64,000 nt of DNA from Negaprion brevirostris (lineage: Eukaryota), in assembly GCA_030324005.1 (NCBI GenBank), contig JARDVH010000073.1, positions 56,226,870 to 56,290,869 on the forward strand, in the 5' to 3' direction. The notes under the pieces are model-generated. The model saw only the letters and a program-made list of their open reading frames with translations. It was not told the origin of the DNA and ran no database searches. Within the stretch, counting starts at the first letter, position 1. Each line of letters begins with the position of its first letter. The position numbers and the translations under genes are program-made. This document shows, piece after piece, positions 36,631-51,083 of this stretch.

Positions 36631-38569
36631 CAACTAATCAGCTATGGCTAGTTCTCCACTTTCGCTGGATGGTAAAATCTTGGGAAATGGCGTGTCTGTG
36701 TCATTGTTTAAAACAAGTTAGAATGGCTAGTTAGTAACGTTGAATGAAAATGACCATTGCTAGTAGGAAAGGACCTTGCTGTTCAACTCACCAACCCTGG
36801 CATCTTTTCCATTGTTCAAAAACTACAGAAATATCGATAAACTGTCACATGCTCACTTTTTTTATTCAGCAACCATCCATCATATGAGGCTGAGACATTC
36901 CATGTGAATGAGTGGTATCGTAATTTAAATAGAAAGGACTATGTTGTTGATTTTTTTAAATTCCTGTTTGCAGGTTTTATTTTAAATTGCAACTGCAGTA
37001 GGATTTCTGAAACAAACCTATATGAGATGTGAGCTTTTGTGTTTCGAATTCTGATGCAATTACTGGTGCTTCTTGCCACGAGCCTCTGAAGCTTCAGTCT
37101 AAGCTGTGCCAGATTTCCCTTGTACAGGGCTTTTCTTTAGTTGACTGAACATTTGATTGTATCAATCTGATTCTTCTTTGGGTTGCATCAGAAAATGTTC
37201 AGTTTTCTCAATTAGCTGGATCATTTTCAGCTTTTTATTTTTATCACACTGGCATTGCTGGCTTCTGCAATGTGGGCTTTGTACAGCCAACAGCTGGAGT
37301 AATTGCCTGATTTACTGCAGCTGGTAAGAAGTTATTTACCTCCACCCCTCAAAAAGAAAACTTGCTTGTGGCCTCAAGTTTTTTTTGGTATCGGTATTGG
37401 GCTCTTGAAACCTGTATGCAGGAGCTGGTGGTAGATATTAGCTTATAAAACAAGTGACTAAATTCGATTTGGTATTCTTCTCAGCAGGAGCTGTATTGTT
37501 CATCATGCAGATTTCATGCTCTCCTACAACGAACAATTGATTAGTCACTCTACTTTAGGATCATCACCAGATTACCGTGAATGTTTGTCCTGGCTTCGAA
37601 GTAAATTTCCAATTCTGTTTTGAAGTTAAATGGTATATTACAAATTCCTACCTGTGTTCATCTGCCAGGGGAAATAGCAGTATCACTGTAAAATACTTTT
37701 TGTTACTGGCCAGGTTTTGTGCAAAACCAAGAAGGGCCACTGCTTTCACCAATCTTCCTATGAACTGGTGGCAAAAAGTAAAAACAGATCCAGGCTGCTT
37801 ATGTTATTTTGGTCAGTACGTACCAGCTACCTGTGCCATTTTGGTCAGCAGCTACTAATGGAGTATTGATGTTACATCAGACTATTAGAGAAAATTGATT
37901 GCATGACAGATCACTGAATAGCATGTGCGCTAGTTCTAGTTAGACCAGTGGCAACCAAAAAGACCCAGTTAAACTAGGATTTCCTTGTCACCACTCTGCA
38001 AATAAAAGCTTGACATACTTTTGTTGATGAGACTGTTAGCAAGAGGCTGTAAATGCATTTTTTTAAAAAATCACTGATGAAAATGATGTACATTTTTTAA
38101 AAAAAAAAACCTCTGGTCATTTAAATAAAACTTAAATATTTAGGAACTGATTGACACAGTTTAACGTTTGGGATGTTGTGGACATGGAACGGACCTTTGA
38201 CTTTTAAGTGAATAATTGTCCTGTAGAAAGTGCACACTCCCAGTAGATTTGAGTTCTAAACATCTAGTTGTTGAGGGTAATGCTGTTGGACTTTCAACTG
38301 CTGTATCATATTTCACGTTATTCTGGATATTGGCCTTTGTGCATGTGTATATTGTACAGAAGATAGTGACTTTGAGAAGGCAGCTACTTGTTTTTAGAAA
38401 AGGAAGGCGAACAAATTTATTATGAAATATTTAAAACCTAACAAAAATTGATTGCTTACAAAAATGCAACTGAACCAGTTCAGTTGTTTCTTTTTATGGC
38501 CAGAGACAATGTGATGCCAGGCAACAATTGTGTTATTTAGAACATACTTGCATTTGTGGATAAATAAAC

Positions 38570-39065
38570 AAATTAGGAGTAAGAGTAGGTCTTTGAGCCT
38601 GCTTGGCCACTCAATAGAAGCATGGCTGATGTGGTTATAACCTCAACATCATTTGCCTACCCCTGATGACCTTTCATCCCTTGCTTCTTAAGTTTTTTCA
38701 ACAGCGCCTTAAAAATTAAGAGACTGCTGTCACCTCATTGAGGTAGAGATCTAATGACTCATAACCCTCAGAAAAAAATCTTCTTGTCTTTGTCTTAAAT
38801 GGGCAACCCCTTATGATTAAACAGTGACTCCTAGTTCTAGATTTGCCATAGAGGATAACATCCTTACCAATTCCATTCTATTATCATTATTGAATAGCAG
38901 GGCAGGCTCAAGGGGCCAAACAGATCCTGAAGGGTCATATGAACATACAAATTAGGAGCAAACCAATCAAGTCATCTCTTGCTCTTGAGAACTCCAGGGA
39001 ATACAAGCCAATGTTCAACTTTTACTCATAAGACAATCTGCTCATTCCAAGTAACCATCCAGTAA
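38570..39065 (-). mobile_element. Degraded CR1 3' fragments
   Basis: aattaggagtaagagtagg...gagcctgc...catggctgat; similar to 53318-53600 and 54310-54660. Confidence 0.65.
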
Positions 39066-39509
39066 AGTTTTTAATATACAATTAGTATGAATCCAGGAAA
39101 TATTGGAAGAAAATAGCAGACTGGAGTGAATCAAGTGCAGCTTCTAGAGATTTGCTTATTAGAAAATGATGCTAGTCATTATGCTATTATTTTTCCTGCA
39201 AGATCTGGCCTGTTAGAAGCATTTTTTAAAAAACCCATGCTTGATTGTATCCAAGCAGTGTCAGCAAATGGAGCCCTTAACTTCAGTTTGGGTATGGATC
39301 ATTTGTAGTTAACTGCTTCAAGTTGGAATTCTTGTAGTTTTTGTGATCATTTTGAGCTGTTTTGGCTGTTGGCAGAAAATTGTCCACTAATGCTGTTTTT
39401 GGAACTGAATGAATGATAACTTTCCCTCATAAAATCTTGGAGGACATGGTTAATTAGAGAGCATTTATGTATGATACCTTTGATGGATATTGTATATGTA
39501 ATTTGTTTT

Positions 39510-40060
39510 TTTTTTCATTTATGGAATGTATACATTGCTAGCTTGACCAGCATTTATTGCCCCTCTCTAGTTGCTTTTGAGAAGGTGCTGATGAGCTGCC
39601 TTTAAACTACTGCAATCCATGTTGTGTAAGTACACCCATAGTGCTGTTGAGCAGGGATTCCAGGATTTTGACTGGATGACATGGTGAAGGAATGGCATAT
39701 ATTTCCAAGTCAAGATGGTGAGTGACTGGGAGGGGAACCTCCAGGTGGTGGTGTTCCTTGGTCTCTGTTGTTTTTGGCCTTCTAGATTATAGTGACTGTG
39801 GGTTTCGAAGATCCTGTCTAAGGAACTTTGAGTTTTTGCAGTGTATCTTGTGGATGGTGTACACTGCTGCCACTGTTCCCTGGTGGTGGAGGGAGCGAAT
39901 GTTTGTGGAAGGGGTAGTAATCAAGCGTGCTGCTTTGTCCTTGATAGTGTTGAGCTTCTTGAGTGTTTTTGGAGCTGCACACTTCTAATTTGCACCTTTG
40001 TAGATGGTGGACAGGTTTTGGGGAGTCAGCAGATGAGTTACACTCCACAGGATTCCTAGC
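39510..40060 (-). mobile_element. CR1-type LINE 3' fragment (second family)
   Basis: Shared with 42930-43190 and 56110-56240 (gagaaggtg.tg.tgagctgcc, gaaggaatg..tatatttccaagtcaagatgg). Confidence 0.7.
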
Positions 40061-42929
40061 CTGCGTGTGTGATCTGATACTGTCACTGCAAGGGAAACCA
40101 GATATCAGGATCTGAGTGAACAAGCAAGCATGCCTTTACTGATGAGATTGAAGGATTATGAAATTAACAATACAAAGATTGAGAAGGAAGTGTAAATTAG
40201 AGGTGGTGAATTCAATGGAAAATCAGCTCAGGGAAGAGCAGGAAAGATTTATGAAAGGAAAAGGAAACTGAAAACAAAAGGTGACTTCACACTTGTAATA
40301 GTTAAATTCAGTGCAATAAAGTTTTGGCAATGATTAACACTTTGTTAAAGGAGTACTTGGATTGAAAGGAAGGAACTTAACTTTCAGTGGTGAATTTAGT
40401 TTGCATCTTTTATCAAAAAATACTGTAACCTTTCCAATCTGGAAACCTATCGTTTGGAAACATTAGCTGTCCAGTAATTTTTTTTGCACATTCCCTTGAT
40501 GTCATTGGTATCATTTTAGTACAGTACTTTGGGAGCAGAAACATAGAAATATAGTATGTTCACAAGTGAAACATTTTTTATTATTGCTTTATAATATTTT
40601 CAGTTTTATGTTTGAGGCAAATATTTATATCTACGGTGTCTTCCAATTAACACACTTGTGATGAAGTATTCTACTGTCATTCTATAATGTAGAAAATTCT
40701 CAAATACAGAAATGACTTAGTCCCAAGTATTCTAGACTTGAGATGTCACTGTCTTCAGTATATTCATTCAGCTGAATGGTGAGGCAAACTGCAACATGCT
40801 CTTTTCGCAAAACTAACCTCCAAGTGTTGCACCTCAGCTGGCAACTTTTGGTTTTCTTGTTTAACAATGCGTCTGTCCTCACCTGAAATTACTGTAACAG
40901 TTATGGCGAACATCATTAGCTTTGCCATTACTTTGTAAGTTATCGGTCTGTTTCTTGCTGTCTTCTATCACTATTGGCTCTGTCGCTAAGGCTGTTCTAC
41001 ATCTTTCCACCGTATTTCCCTCCCTACATTCTGAAGGTTGCCTCCCGCATTCTGGCTTGTATTTTTTTCCCCTTGGCCTTCAAAAGTTGCCTTTTTAAAA
41101 ACCCTACAAACTTTGTTTTCTTTTATCCCCTGCTTCTCACTGTGTATACTGTTTTCTGCTCTATGCAGGACGCACAAAATATCTTAGTACACACAAAGAA
41201 CTCTAGGCATTATTGGCTAAGTGTAGTTTTTGATGTCATTTGAAGTAAACTGTTGATTTCTCAGAAGTTGGATCTCCTTTAGCCTTTTTCTTAATGACAG
41301 TATTCTAATTAATGAGTTGCTGTTTTGTGTCCCTGGAAGAAGCAAATAAAGTACTACTTGCATGGTAACTTCGGTTCACATTTGTTAGTAATAGCAGTGA
41401 CAATGCATATTGGAAGGAGCAAAATGACTCCAAGCAATTTGCAAAAAAAAATGTTCTTGGAGTGCAGTGGTCTTTATGTAGGAAATGAGAAATTCTTTGG
41501 TACCAGCAACAACTCACCATCTCCAATGAGATGAATGACATTGGTACATTTTCTTTGTAATGTTGAGCATTAGCTAGGGTCCTAGTTAAACGTTCTTGCC
41601 TTTTGAATAGTGTTTTGCTGGTCTTTGTCTATTGAAAAGTAGAGGAGGCCTCAGTTTAACTGCACCAGGATACTGAAGTGAGTGCACCATGTGCCTTTTG
41701 TGCTCCTATTTTCTGGCGTAGGTGAGTTGGTTTCTTCAACTGCTCATTTTAAGCCAGAAATTTTATTTTTACTCTTTCTTAATTCAGCCTCCTCAAGTTG
41801 CCACTATTTTCTAATGGTGAATTTGTGCCATTTTCATATTGACTTTAGAATACTGGGAAACAGGTCAATTGGAAGCAGTTTGGGAATATAAATTCTTAGT
41901 ATTGCAAGTTGAATTTAAGAGTTTGGACACTATGTAATTGGGGGAAAGAAACTTTCTGTGTATGGTTGTTTGCAAAGGTTGATAAGTAAATGAAAGTCTT
42001 GTCCGTGCACATGAGTGTGAGTAAGCAAAGGATTTTGTTAATAAAGGCTCTTTGAGAAAGAGGACTTTATCCACAGATGGCATCCAGATGTGTGACTATT
42101 CAAGCACATACCCAGGAGACATCTAGGCAGACTGTCTCAAGTGAATGAATAAAAACTAGTTGTTTTTGCATGCTGGACTGTACAATTCCGATTAGTGTGT
42201 TTCTCTGTCATTAAGGGCAAGTCAGATTATAGATTTTGAGCAAGTCTTAGAATTGTAGTGCAGCATTTCCTTGCTGGGATTCTAAAATAATATCACATAA
42301 TACTTTATATTTTCATTATTTTAATGGCGAAATTGCCATACTGAATCCTATGAGCATAGTGTTTGTTCTTGTGTTGCAATTAAGTAGCTGACTTTGTGAA
42401 AATGGAATCTGTTTGCTAGCAAATTCCGATTCATAATCTTGTACTTTTGTGCTGGAGGCTGCTCAACCTTTATTATTGTACAAATCAACCACTCTTGCTA
42501 TTCTAAGTAAGGTTATTGTGCAAGAGCTGCAACAGGATATCTATTCTCTGGAGATGGGAGAGAAACTACATTTCATGACAGTTCCCTGGCAAATGTCCTT
42601 TTGATACAGCCTTGAGCAACCTTAATATAAATATCTCAGCTAACATCTTATTTCCCCAGTTATGCAATTCTGAAGATTGTGCTGCTAATAGCACACCCCC
42701 CTGCTTCTTCCATCCTCTTTACCCACATCTTCCCATAATTTTTCACATTTTATTTCTCCAATTCTCTCAAAGACAGCTATTTGAATTTCTGTCACCTTTG
42801 TTCTATTCAGGAAAACTGTGGCACGAAGTCATCAATGATCCATTTGTATGGCCTACCTTGACACCAGGTGCCTTTTATGTACTTGGGGTTAATTATGAGA
42901 GGTAATTTGCAGGTGGTCAGTATTTTTAA

Positions 42930-43315
42930 AATTCATTCATGGGATGTGAGCTTTGCTGGCAAGACCAGCGTTTCTTAACATGTCTAATAGCCTTTGAAAA
43001 AGTGGAGGTGATCTGCTGCCATCTTGAATCGCTGCATTTCATGTAGTGTAGGTAAACTCACAGTGCTGTTCAAAGTGCCAAGATTTTGACCCAGTGACAG
43101 TGAAGGAATGATATATTTCCAAGTCAAGATGGCTTGGAGAGGAATTTGCAGATGGCGGTGTTCCCATATATCTGCTGCCTCTTGTTCTGAGAGACTAAAT
43201 AGACTAGGTCAGTACTCGTTGGAGTTTAGAAGGATGGGGGGGGGATCTTATAGAGACGTATAAGATAATGAAGGGGATGGATAGGGTAGAGGTAGAGAGA
43301 TTCTTCCTGCTCAGA
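42930..43315. mobile_element. CR1 fragments (42930-43190 minus, 43195-43315 plus)
   Basis: Match to the 39510 region; RGDLIETYKIMKGMDRVEVERFF-type motif on plus. Confidence 0.7.
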
Positions 43316-43415
43316 NNNNNNNNNNNNNNNNNNNNNNNNNNNNNNNNNNNNNNNNNNNNNNNNNNNNNNNNNNNNNNNNNNNNNNNNNNNNNNNNNNNNN
43401 NNNNNNNNNNNNNNN

Positions 43416-45135
43416 GAAATAGGCCATCCAATCCATCGATCTGCTCCACCATTCCATGAAATCATGACTGACCTCAACTCCACTTTCCCACCATATCCCC
43501 ATAGCCCTTAATTGCCTTATTGATTCAAAATTGGTCTATCTTAACCTTGAGTATAACAACTCAGCCTCTCCAGCTCTCTGCAGTAAAGAATTCCACAGAT
43601 TCCTATCCCTCCTGAGGGGAAAAAAAATCCTCCTCATCCCTGTCTTAAGTGGGCAGCCCTTTACTCTGAAATTATGTCCTAGATTCTCCCACAAAACAAC
43701 CTCTCAGGATCTACCCTGTCAAGCCTGAGAATCATATGTCTCAATAAGGTCGCCTCTTATTCTTCTAAATGCCAATGAGTGCAGGGTCAACCTCTCCTCG
43801 TAAGAAAATCCTGCTATATTGGGGTCAACCTATTGAACCTTCTCTGAGCTGCCTCAAGTATCATTGTATTTTGGATGAGGGGACTAATGTTCAGAGTATT
43901 CCAAGTGTAGTGTAACTCGCATTTTTCATAGTTTTGGCAAGACTTTCTATTGTTATACTCCATTCCCTTTGAAATAAAGTTCAACATTCCATTTGGCTTC
44001 CCTATTATCTGCTGAACTTGTGTATTAAGTTTTTGCGATTTATGCATGAGGACTTCCAATTCCTCTGTGGTATAGTTTTCTGCAGTCTTTCTTCATTTAA
44101 ATAATATTCAGCTTCTTTACTCTTATGAAAGTGCCTAACTTCACATTTTCCAACGTTATATTCCGTCTGCCAATTATTTGCTCTCATTTAACCAGTCTAT
44201 AGACTGTCATTCTCACCACTTGCCTTCTCACATATTTTGTGTCATCCACAAACTTGGCAATAATGCCTTCACTCATCTAAGATGCCTGCATCTTAGTCAT
44301 TTATTGTATGTTGTAAATAATTGTGGCCCCAGCATTGATTCTTATTGCATTCCACAGGTTGCCATCCTAACAATGTCCCTCCTATCCCAAATCTTCATCT
44401 TCTATTAGTTAGGCAATCTGCTGCCCATGCTAATGTACTACCCTAGCACCATGGGCTCAGCCTTGACCTGTTCTTGTAGCCAGCTAGTTTATATGATTAG
44501 TCCAATTAAGTTTCTGGTTAATGGAATCTCCCAGATGATGATGATGATGATTAGGGAAATTCAGCAATAGTAATGCTGTTGAATGTCATGGGATGATGTT
44601 TAAAACTCATCTGTCCAAGCCTGAGTGTTGTCTAAGCCTTGCTACGTGCATGTTTGGACCACTTCCGTATCTGAACATCCTCACTTTAGGGCTTATGATG
44701 GAAGGTCGTTAATGAGATAGCTGAAAACAGTTGAGCCTAGGATACTGCTTCAAGGAACACTTGTACAGTGAAGATGATCAGCCTTGAAGAAGCAGAACCA
44801 TTTTAATTTGTGCTAGGTACAACACAAATTACTGGAGAGTTGCAAATAAGTCCCAGTGAATTCAGTTTTGCTGTGACACCATGATGCCACACTTAGTCAA
44901 ATGCTGCACCACTTTTACCTCATTGCACTTTAATCCATGTTTGGATGAAGGTTATCTTGAGGCCTGGAGCTGAGTGGTCCCAGCTGAACTGAAACTGAAC
45001 AGGTTATTGTTGAGGAAGTATTGATTTGAGTGTATGATGCTTTGTAATTTTGCTGATCGAGAGTAGATTGGTAATTGGTTTGTGTTTGTCCTACTTTTTG
45101 TTGACAAATACGTGGGCAATTTTCTCCATTGTCAA
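43416..45135 (-). mobile_element. Degraded CR1 RT-to-3' fragment (43416-44460) followed by older LINE fragments
   Basis: WQTEYNVGKCEV.HF, QVQQIIGKPNGMLNFISKGMEY and LEAAQRRFNRL. Confidence 0.75.
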
Positions 45136-46829
45136 GTGGATCGCAGTTTTGTAGCTATACTTCCTGATTTGTATTTACAGTAATGAAGGAGACCATTCGA
45201 TTTATCAGGACTATAGCACTCCAAAACTAATCTCGTGTGCCTGTTGTCTCCTAATAACCTCGTTTCAGTCCAAAATGAAACTCCTTTTGTAGCGCTCACT
45301 TGCATCAACTGCAAACTAAGCTTTTCTTCCTTTCTAGTACGAGAAAGGGAGTGAAGGCTTCTGGGAGTGTCCTGGATGCTGAACACAAATATAATGAGTA
45401 AAACTCGAGCATAACAGACATTACGTGTTTAAGACAGATGTTTCAGATTCTTTCAAAGCTGCTAATTGAGGTGGTCTGTCTGTAGTTTGAACTTGTCCAC
45501 AGAGTGCCAGTAGATATTCAGAATTTAACTTGGCTGTAATTCAGACTGTTAACCATACAAACTGACTGCTTGTTAGGCTCTATAAAACTGCAAATGGTAA
45601 TGGAAATCAATTTGTTGTTTGAATGAATTGGTGATTGGAATGGATGCATTTTATTACAATCCTAATGCTGACCCCTTCCCTTTTAGCTAGAGAGTGACAC
45701 ATTTGTTTACTTTGATCTAAAATACGGAAGTTGAAGAAAATTAATGATTTAGCACAATAGGCTAAAATCTGTTTGAAATTGTTTGCTTGAATTACAGCAA
45801 GGTTCCAGTTTAAATAAGAATATGTTTTCGTGTGCAGTACTTTCCACTTTGTCATAGAGTAGAAAAATGAATTCCCTCAAACAAATGTTTTTCATACCAG
45901 AGAATACAAACTTGTACCTTTTGGAGAACTATTTAGATCAACAACTTATGGAGACATTATTTTTTGATTGATAAAGTTATACATATGGATCAAATGTAAG
46001 CTGTAGTTTATCTTCTTTCAACTGATATAAAAATAGTGTTAATTTCCCAATATCTGCTTGAATAATTTTGAGAAGGCCATCCTTTTTCATCCTCCACAGG
46101 GAGGCCATATAGCATTGTTTACTTTTTTCCAAGCTTGCTGAAGATTCAGTTCAGCTTTTCATTAGCTGTTTAAATACTGAAAGTTCTTGCTTATTTAGCT
46201 GAACGTTTCTTCATTACTTTGGAATTAAGTTTGTGGGGCTGCAGTTTGATGGGATAACTATTTGTGGAAGAACGTGCAAATGAGGGGGTGGGCTTTGTAA
46301 TTGTCCCTCCTACTTTTTGGGAGGGACAAGTTTAAATGTATTAAGAAATAAAATGAAAGTCTACATGGTCATTGTGCTGCTATTATTCCCAAATTGATAA
46401 TTGTGTGGAATTTGAAAAATATCAAAGGTCCCATTGTCTACTTTACCTGGGTTTTCATCACTGCATGTTTGTCAAAAGTTTCTTCAATGCTTGCATTCTT
46501 TCCTCCTATTCCGCCGTTAGAAAGGTTCACTCACATTTCGGAACGAGTACTTTTGGTGCTGCTTTGTAGAGGGGCTGATGCAATGAAATAAAATGACCCA
46601 GGAGCAAAGTATATTTCACTACCATCACTATTTATATAATCAAAACTTGAAGACAGTAGGTAATCCAATTCAGGCCATGTAGTTAGTAAAATGTCCAGAA
46701 GTTTCATAATTGTACACCAGCACATTGTTCACGATGTGAATATCTTTACGACTGGCCTGCAGTGTTAGTGTTGAAGGCTCAAAGGGTTAATTTGTGGGAC
46801 TGGAGGAACAGTACCAACCACATGATGAT

Positions 46830-49378
46830 ATGATTTGATTTATTATTGTTACATGTATGAGCATACAGTGAAAAGTATTGTTTCTTATATGTTATACAGA
46901 CAAAGCATACAGTTCATAGAGAAGGAAATGAGAGAGTGCAGAATGTAGTCTTACAGTCATTGCCAGGGTNNNNNNNNNNNNNNNNNNNNNNNNNNNNNNN
47001 NNNNNNNNNNNNNNNNNNNNNNNNNNNNNNNNNNNNNNNNNNNNNNNNNNNNNNNNNNNNNNNNNNNNNNNNNNNNNNNNNNNNNNNNNNNNNNNNNNNN
47101 NNNNNNNNNNNNNNNNNNNNNNNNNNNNNNNNNNNNNNNNNNNNNNNNNNNNNNNNNNNNNNNNNNNNNNNNNNNNNNNNNNNNNNNNNNNNNNNNNNNN
47201 NNNNNNNNNNNNNNNNNNNNNNNNNNNNNNNNNNNNNNNNNNNNNNNNNNNNNNNNNNNNNNNNNNNNNNNNNNNNNNNNNNNNNNNNNNNNNNNNNNNN
47301 NNNNNNNNNNNNNNNNNNNNNNNNNNNNNNNNNNNNNNNNNNNNNNNNNNNNNNNNNNNNNNNNNNNNNNNNNNNNNNNNNNNNNNNNNNNNNNNNNNNN
47401 NNNNNNNNNNNNNNNNNNNNNNNNNNNNNNNNNNNNNNNNNNNNNNNNNNNNNNNNNNNNNNNNNNNNNNNNNNNNNNNNNNNNNNNNNNNNNNNNNNNN
47501 NNNNNNNNNNNNNNNNNNNNNNNNNNNNNNNNNNNNNNNNNNNNNNNNNNNNNNNNNNNNNNNNNNNNNNNNNNNNNNNNNNNNNNNNNNNNNNNNNNNN
47601 NNNNNNNNNNNNNNNNNNNNNNNNNNNNNNNNNNNNNNNNNNNNNNNNNNNNNNNNNNNNNNNNNNNNNNNNNNNNNNNNNNNNNNNNNNNNNNNNNNNN
47701 NNNNNNNNNNNNNNNNNNNNNNNNNNNNNNNNNNNNNNNNNNNNNNNNNNNNNNNNNNNNNNNNNNNNNNNNNNNNNNNNNNNNNNNNNNNNNNNNNNNN
47801 NNNNNNNNNNNNNNNNNNNNNNNNNNNNNNNNNNNNNNNNNNNNNNNNNNNNNNNNNNNNNNNNNNNNNNNNNNNNNNNNNNNNNNNNNNNNNNNNNNNN
47901 NNNNNNNNNNNNNNNNNNNNNNNNNNNNNNNNNNNNNNNNNNNNNNNNNGCCAGGGAGATGGCGTCTGCTGTGGACCTGTTGGATGGTAGGCACACTTTA
48001 GTAGATCTAGGTAGTCTGGGATATTGGAATTGATTTGTGCCATGACTAGGCTTTCAAAGCTCTTCATAATGATGGATGTTAGAGCCACTGGATGTTAGTT
48101 ATTAAGGTACGCTGCTTGGCTTTTACATAGAATATGTAGGATCCTTACAATGCAGAAGGAGGCCATTTGGCCCATCAAATCTGTACTGATAACAATCCCA
48201 CCCCAGGCCCTATCACGACAACCTACACATCCCAGGGCAATTTAGCATGGCAATTTCACTTAATCCTCACATCTTTGGACTGCGGGAAGAAACTGGAGCA
48301 CCTGAGGAAACCCACACTGGGACTGGGATGATGGTCGTTGTCTTGAAGCAGATGCAGGCCTCATTGTTGTAAAGAGAGGTTAACGATCTCTGTGAATACC
48401 CCCACCAACTGATCTGTGCAGAACCCAGATATTCCATCTGGGCCAGTTGCTTTCCCTGGGTCAACCTTTGAGAAAGCTACTCTGACATTTGCAATGGTGA
48501 GCTCAGATTCAGGTTCATCCAAGGATTCCAGGGTAGAGGGCTTGCTCTCGCTGACCTCTTGCTCAAAACGGGCATAGAATGCATTGAGCTCATCAGGGCG
48601 GGGTGTGTTGCAGTGGCAATTTTACATGCCTTCATCTTGACGGGAGTCTGTGTGGCTAGCCTGAGATTCCTAGCTTGGTCCGGTGCTGTCTTTTGGCATC
48701 TTTGATGAATCTCCTTAGATTGTGTACCTGGCTTTCTTGTATAGGTCAGCATTGCCTGAACTGAACACCTCAGACCTAAACTTCAGCAAGCAGGGGTACT
48801 CCTGTTCATCTGTGGTTTCTGTTTGGGAAATACGTGGATTTACTACTTTGGCACCACAGTCTTCTACATACCTACTGATGAAGTCAGTAACTTGTAGTGT
48901 NNNNNNNNNNNNNNNNNNNNNNNNNNNNNNNNNNNNNNNNNNNNNNNNNNNNNNNNNNNNNNNNNNNNNNNNNNNNNNNNNNNNNNNNNNNNNNNNNNNN
49001 NNNNNNNNNNNNNNNNNNNNNNNNNNNNNNNNNNNNNNNNNNNNNNNNNNNNNNNNNNNNNNNNNNNNNNNNNNNNNNNNNNNNNNNNNNNNNNNNNNNN
49101 NNNNNNNNNNNNNNNNNNNNNNNNNNNNNNNNNNNNNNNNNNNNNNNNNNNNNNNNNNNNNNNNNTCTAGCAGAACAGGAGGTGTGTTGGTGGTAACTTG
49201 GTAGTACAATCTTGAGCTTGGCCTGGTTGAAATCCCCAGCCATGATGAGCAAGGCCTCGGGATGTTTCATTCAAGGCTATTTGTAGTTATGCATATCTTG
49301 TCCAGCGCGATCTTCACATCCACATGGAGTGGAATGTAAACTGCCATCAGGATAACTGAGGTGAACTCCTATGGAAGC
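46830..49378 (-). mobile_element. 5'-truncated Rex1/Babar-like LINE (APE endonuclease + RT), gapped, with a nested SINE at ~48125-48320
   Basis: HPEALLIMAGDFNQAKLK.VLP.YHQH (endonuclease), DFISRYVEDC, KTTTIIPVP and VALTSIIMKSFESLV (RT); (atttg)n tail at ~46830. Confidence 0.85.
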
Positions 49379-49699
49379 TGCACGATACACGTAAACAAGA
49401 GTAAAGAGAGAATGTTAATGGCTTAGACTGAGTTACAGCTCGTTGTGTGTATCTGTATATAGTTACGTTCATCACTAAACAGCTATACTTCAAGCATACC
49501 TTTGGTTGTGATTATTCCAGTAATCGTTCCTTAGTCAATGCGCAATATGCGGGTTAGAGCTATATGAGCATTTTTACTTGTAAATGACCCCAAAATCCGC
49601 GAAAATCAAATTTAAGGAAAGGCCAAGGGATTGATTACATCAAAATAGGACTAAGAGGTTGATTCTGAAGGAGGGAAAAAGAGTACGAGAGTAAGCTTG

Positions 49700-51082
49700 C
49701 AGCGAACATAAAAACTGACTCTAAATGTTTTTATAGGTATGTGAAGAGAATGATTGGTAAAGGCAGATGTAGGTCCATTTCAGTGAAAAATGGGAATTTA
49801 TAAGGTGTAAGAAAGAATAACTGACCAACTAAATAAACACTTGGTTCTGTCTTCCAAATGGACAAATAACATGCCAAATGTTGGGGAACATGGGGTTTAG
49901 TGAGAGGGAGGAATTGAAAGAAATCAAGATTAGAAGAAAAATGGTTTTGGGAAAGTTGATGGGGTCTACTGGCCTTCAGTCCCAAGATCTGATGGTCTAC
50001 ATCCTAGAGAACTTAAAGAAGTGGTCCTAGAAATAATGGATGCATTGGTGGTCATCTTCCAAGATGCTATAGATTGTGGACCAGTTCCTACAGGTTGGAA
50101 GATAGCCAATGTAACCCCACTATTTAAAAAGGGAGGTACAGAGAAAACGGAGTTATTATTGACCAGTCAGTCTGATGTCAGTACTGGGGATTTTATAGCC
50201 AAACTTGGAAAACAGTGGCTGAATTTAATAGAGTCAGCATGAATTTACGAAAGGGAAATCAAGCTTGACAAATCTACTATTCTAACCCACAGACTGCAAC
50301 AGGCAACCACACCACCACAATCATCGTCAACATAGCGGCCCACAAGGCTGCGTCCTTAGCCTCTTACTCCGCTCCTTAAAAACTTACGACTGTGTGGCCA
50401 AATTTCCCTCCAACTTGATTTTCAAGTTTGCTGATGACACCACTGTAGTGAGTTAGATATCAAACAATGACAAGATGGTGTCATCAACTTTGACAGTTAC
50501 ACAAATAGGAAGCATTCTTTCTGGTTGTATTTACGGTTTGGTGTGACTCTTGCTCTGTCTAAGACGCAATAAACTACAAAAGGTTGTGAATGAAGTCCAG
50601 TCCGTCATTCAAAGCAACCTCCCACCCATTGAAGTCTACACTTTCTGCTGGCTTGGAAAAGCAGCCAGCATAATTAAGTTCCCCATACACCCTGGACATT
50701 CTCTCTTCCACCACCTTCCATTGGAAAAAAGATACAAAAGCCTGAGGATGCCTACCAACTGACAAGAACAGCTTCTTCCCTGCTGCCATCAGATTTTTGA
50801 ATGGACCTATCTTGCATTAAGTTGATCTTTCTCTACACCCTTGCTATGACTGTAACATTACATTCTGCGCACTCTTTTCCTTCTGTACGAATGGTATGCT
50901 TCGTCTGTAAAGCGTGCATGAAACAATACTTTTTGCTGTATACTAATACAGGTGACAAATCAAATCAAATACTGGAATTCTTCAAGGATGTAACTAGAGT
51001 TGATGAGAGGGAGCTGATGGATATGGTTTATTTGGATTTCCAGAAGGCTTTTCACCACTCCCACAGAAGAGATTAACATGCA
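49700..51082 (+). mobile_element. CR1 RT fragment split by a Rex1/Babar-like insertion at ~50279-50970
   Basis: WKIANVTPLFKKG...KGKSSLTNLL, then the insert (KFADDTTVV, KAASIIK.P.HPGHSLF, (aaatc)n tail), then LEFFKDVTRVDE...DMVYLDFQKAF; 'act' is repeated at the junctions. Confidence 0.85.
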
Positions 51083-51083
51083 A

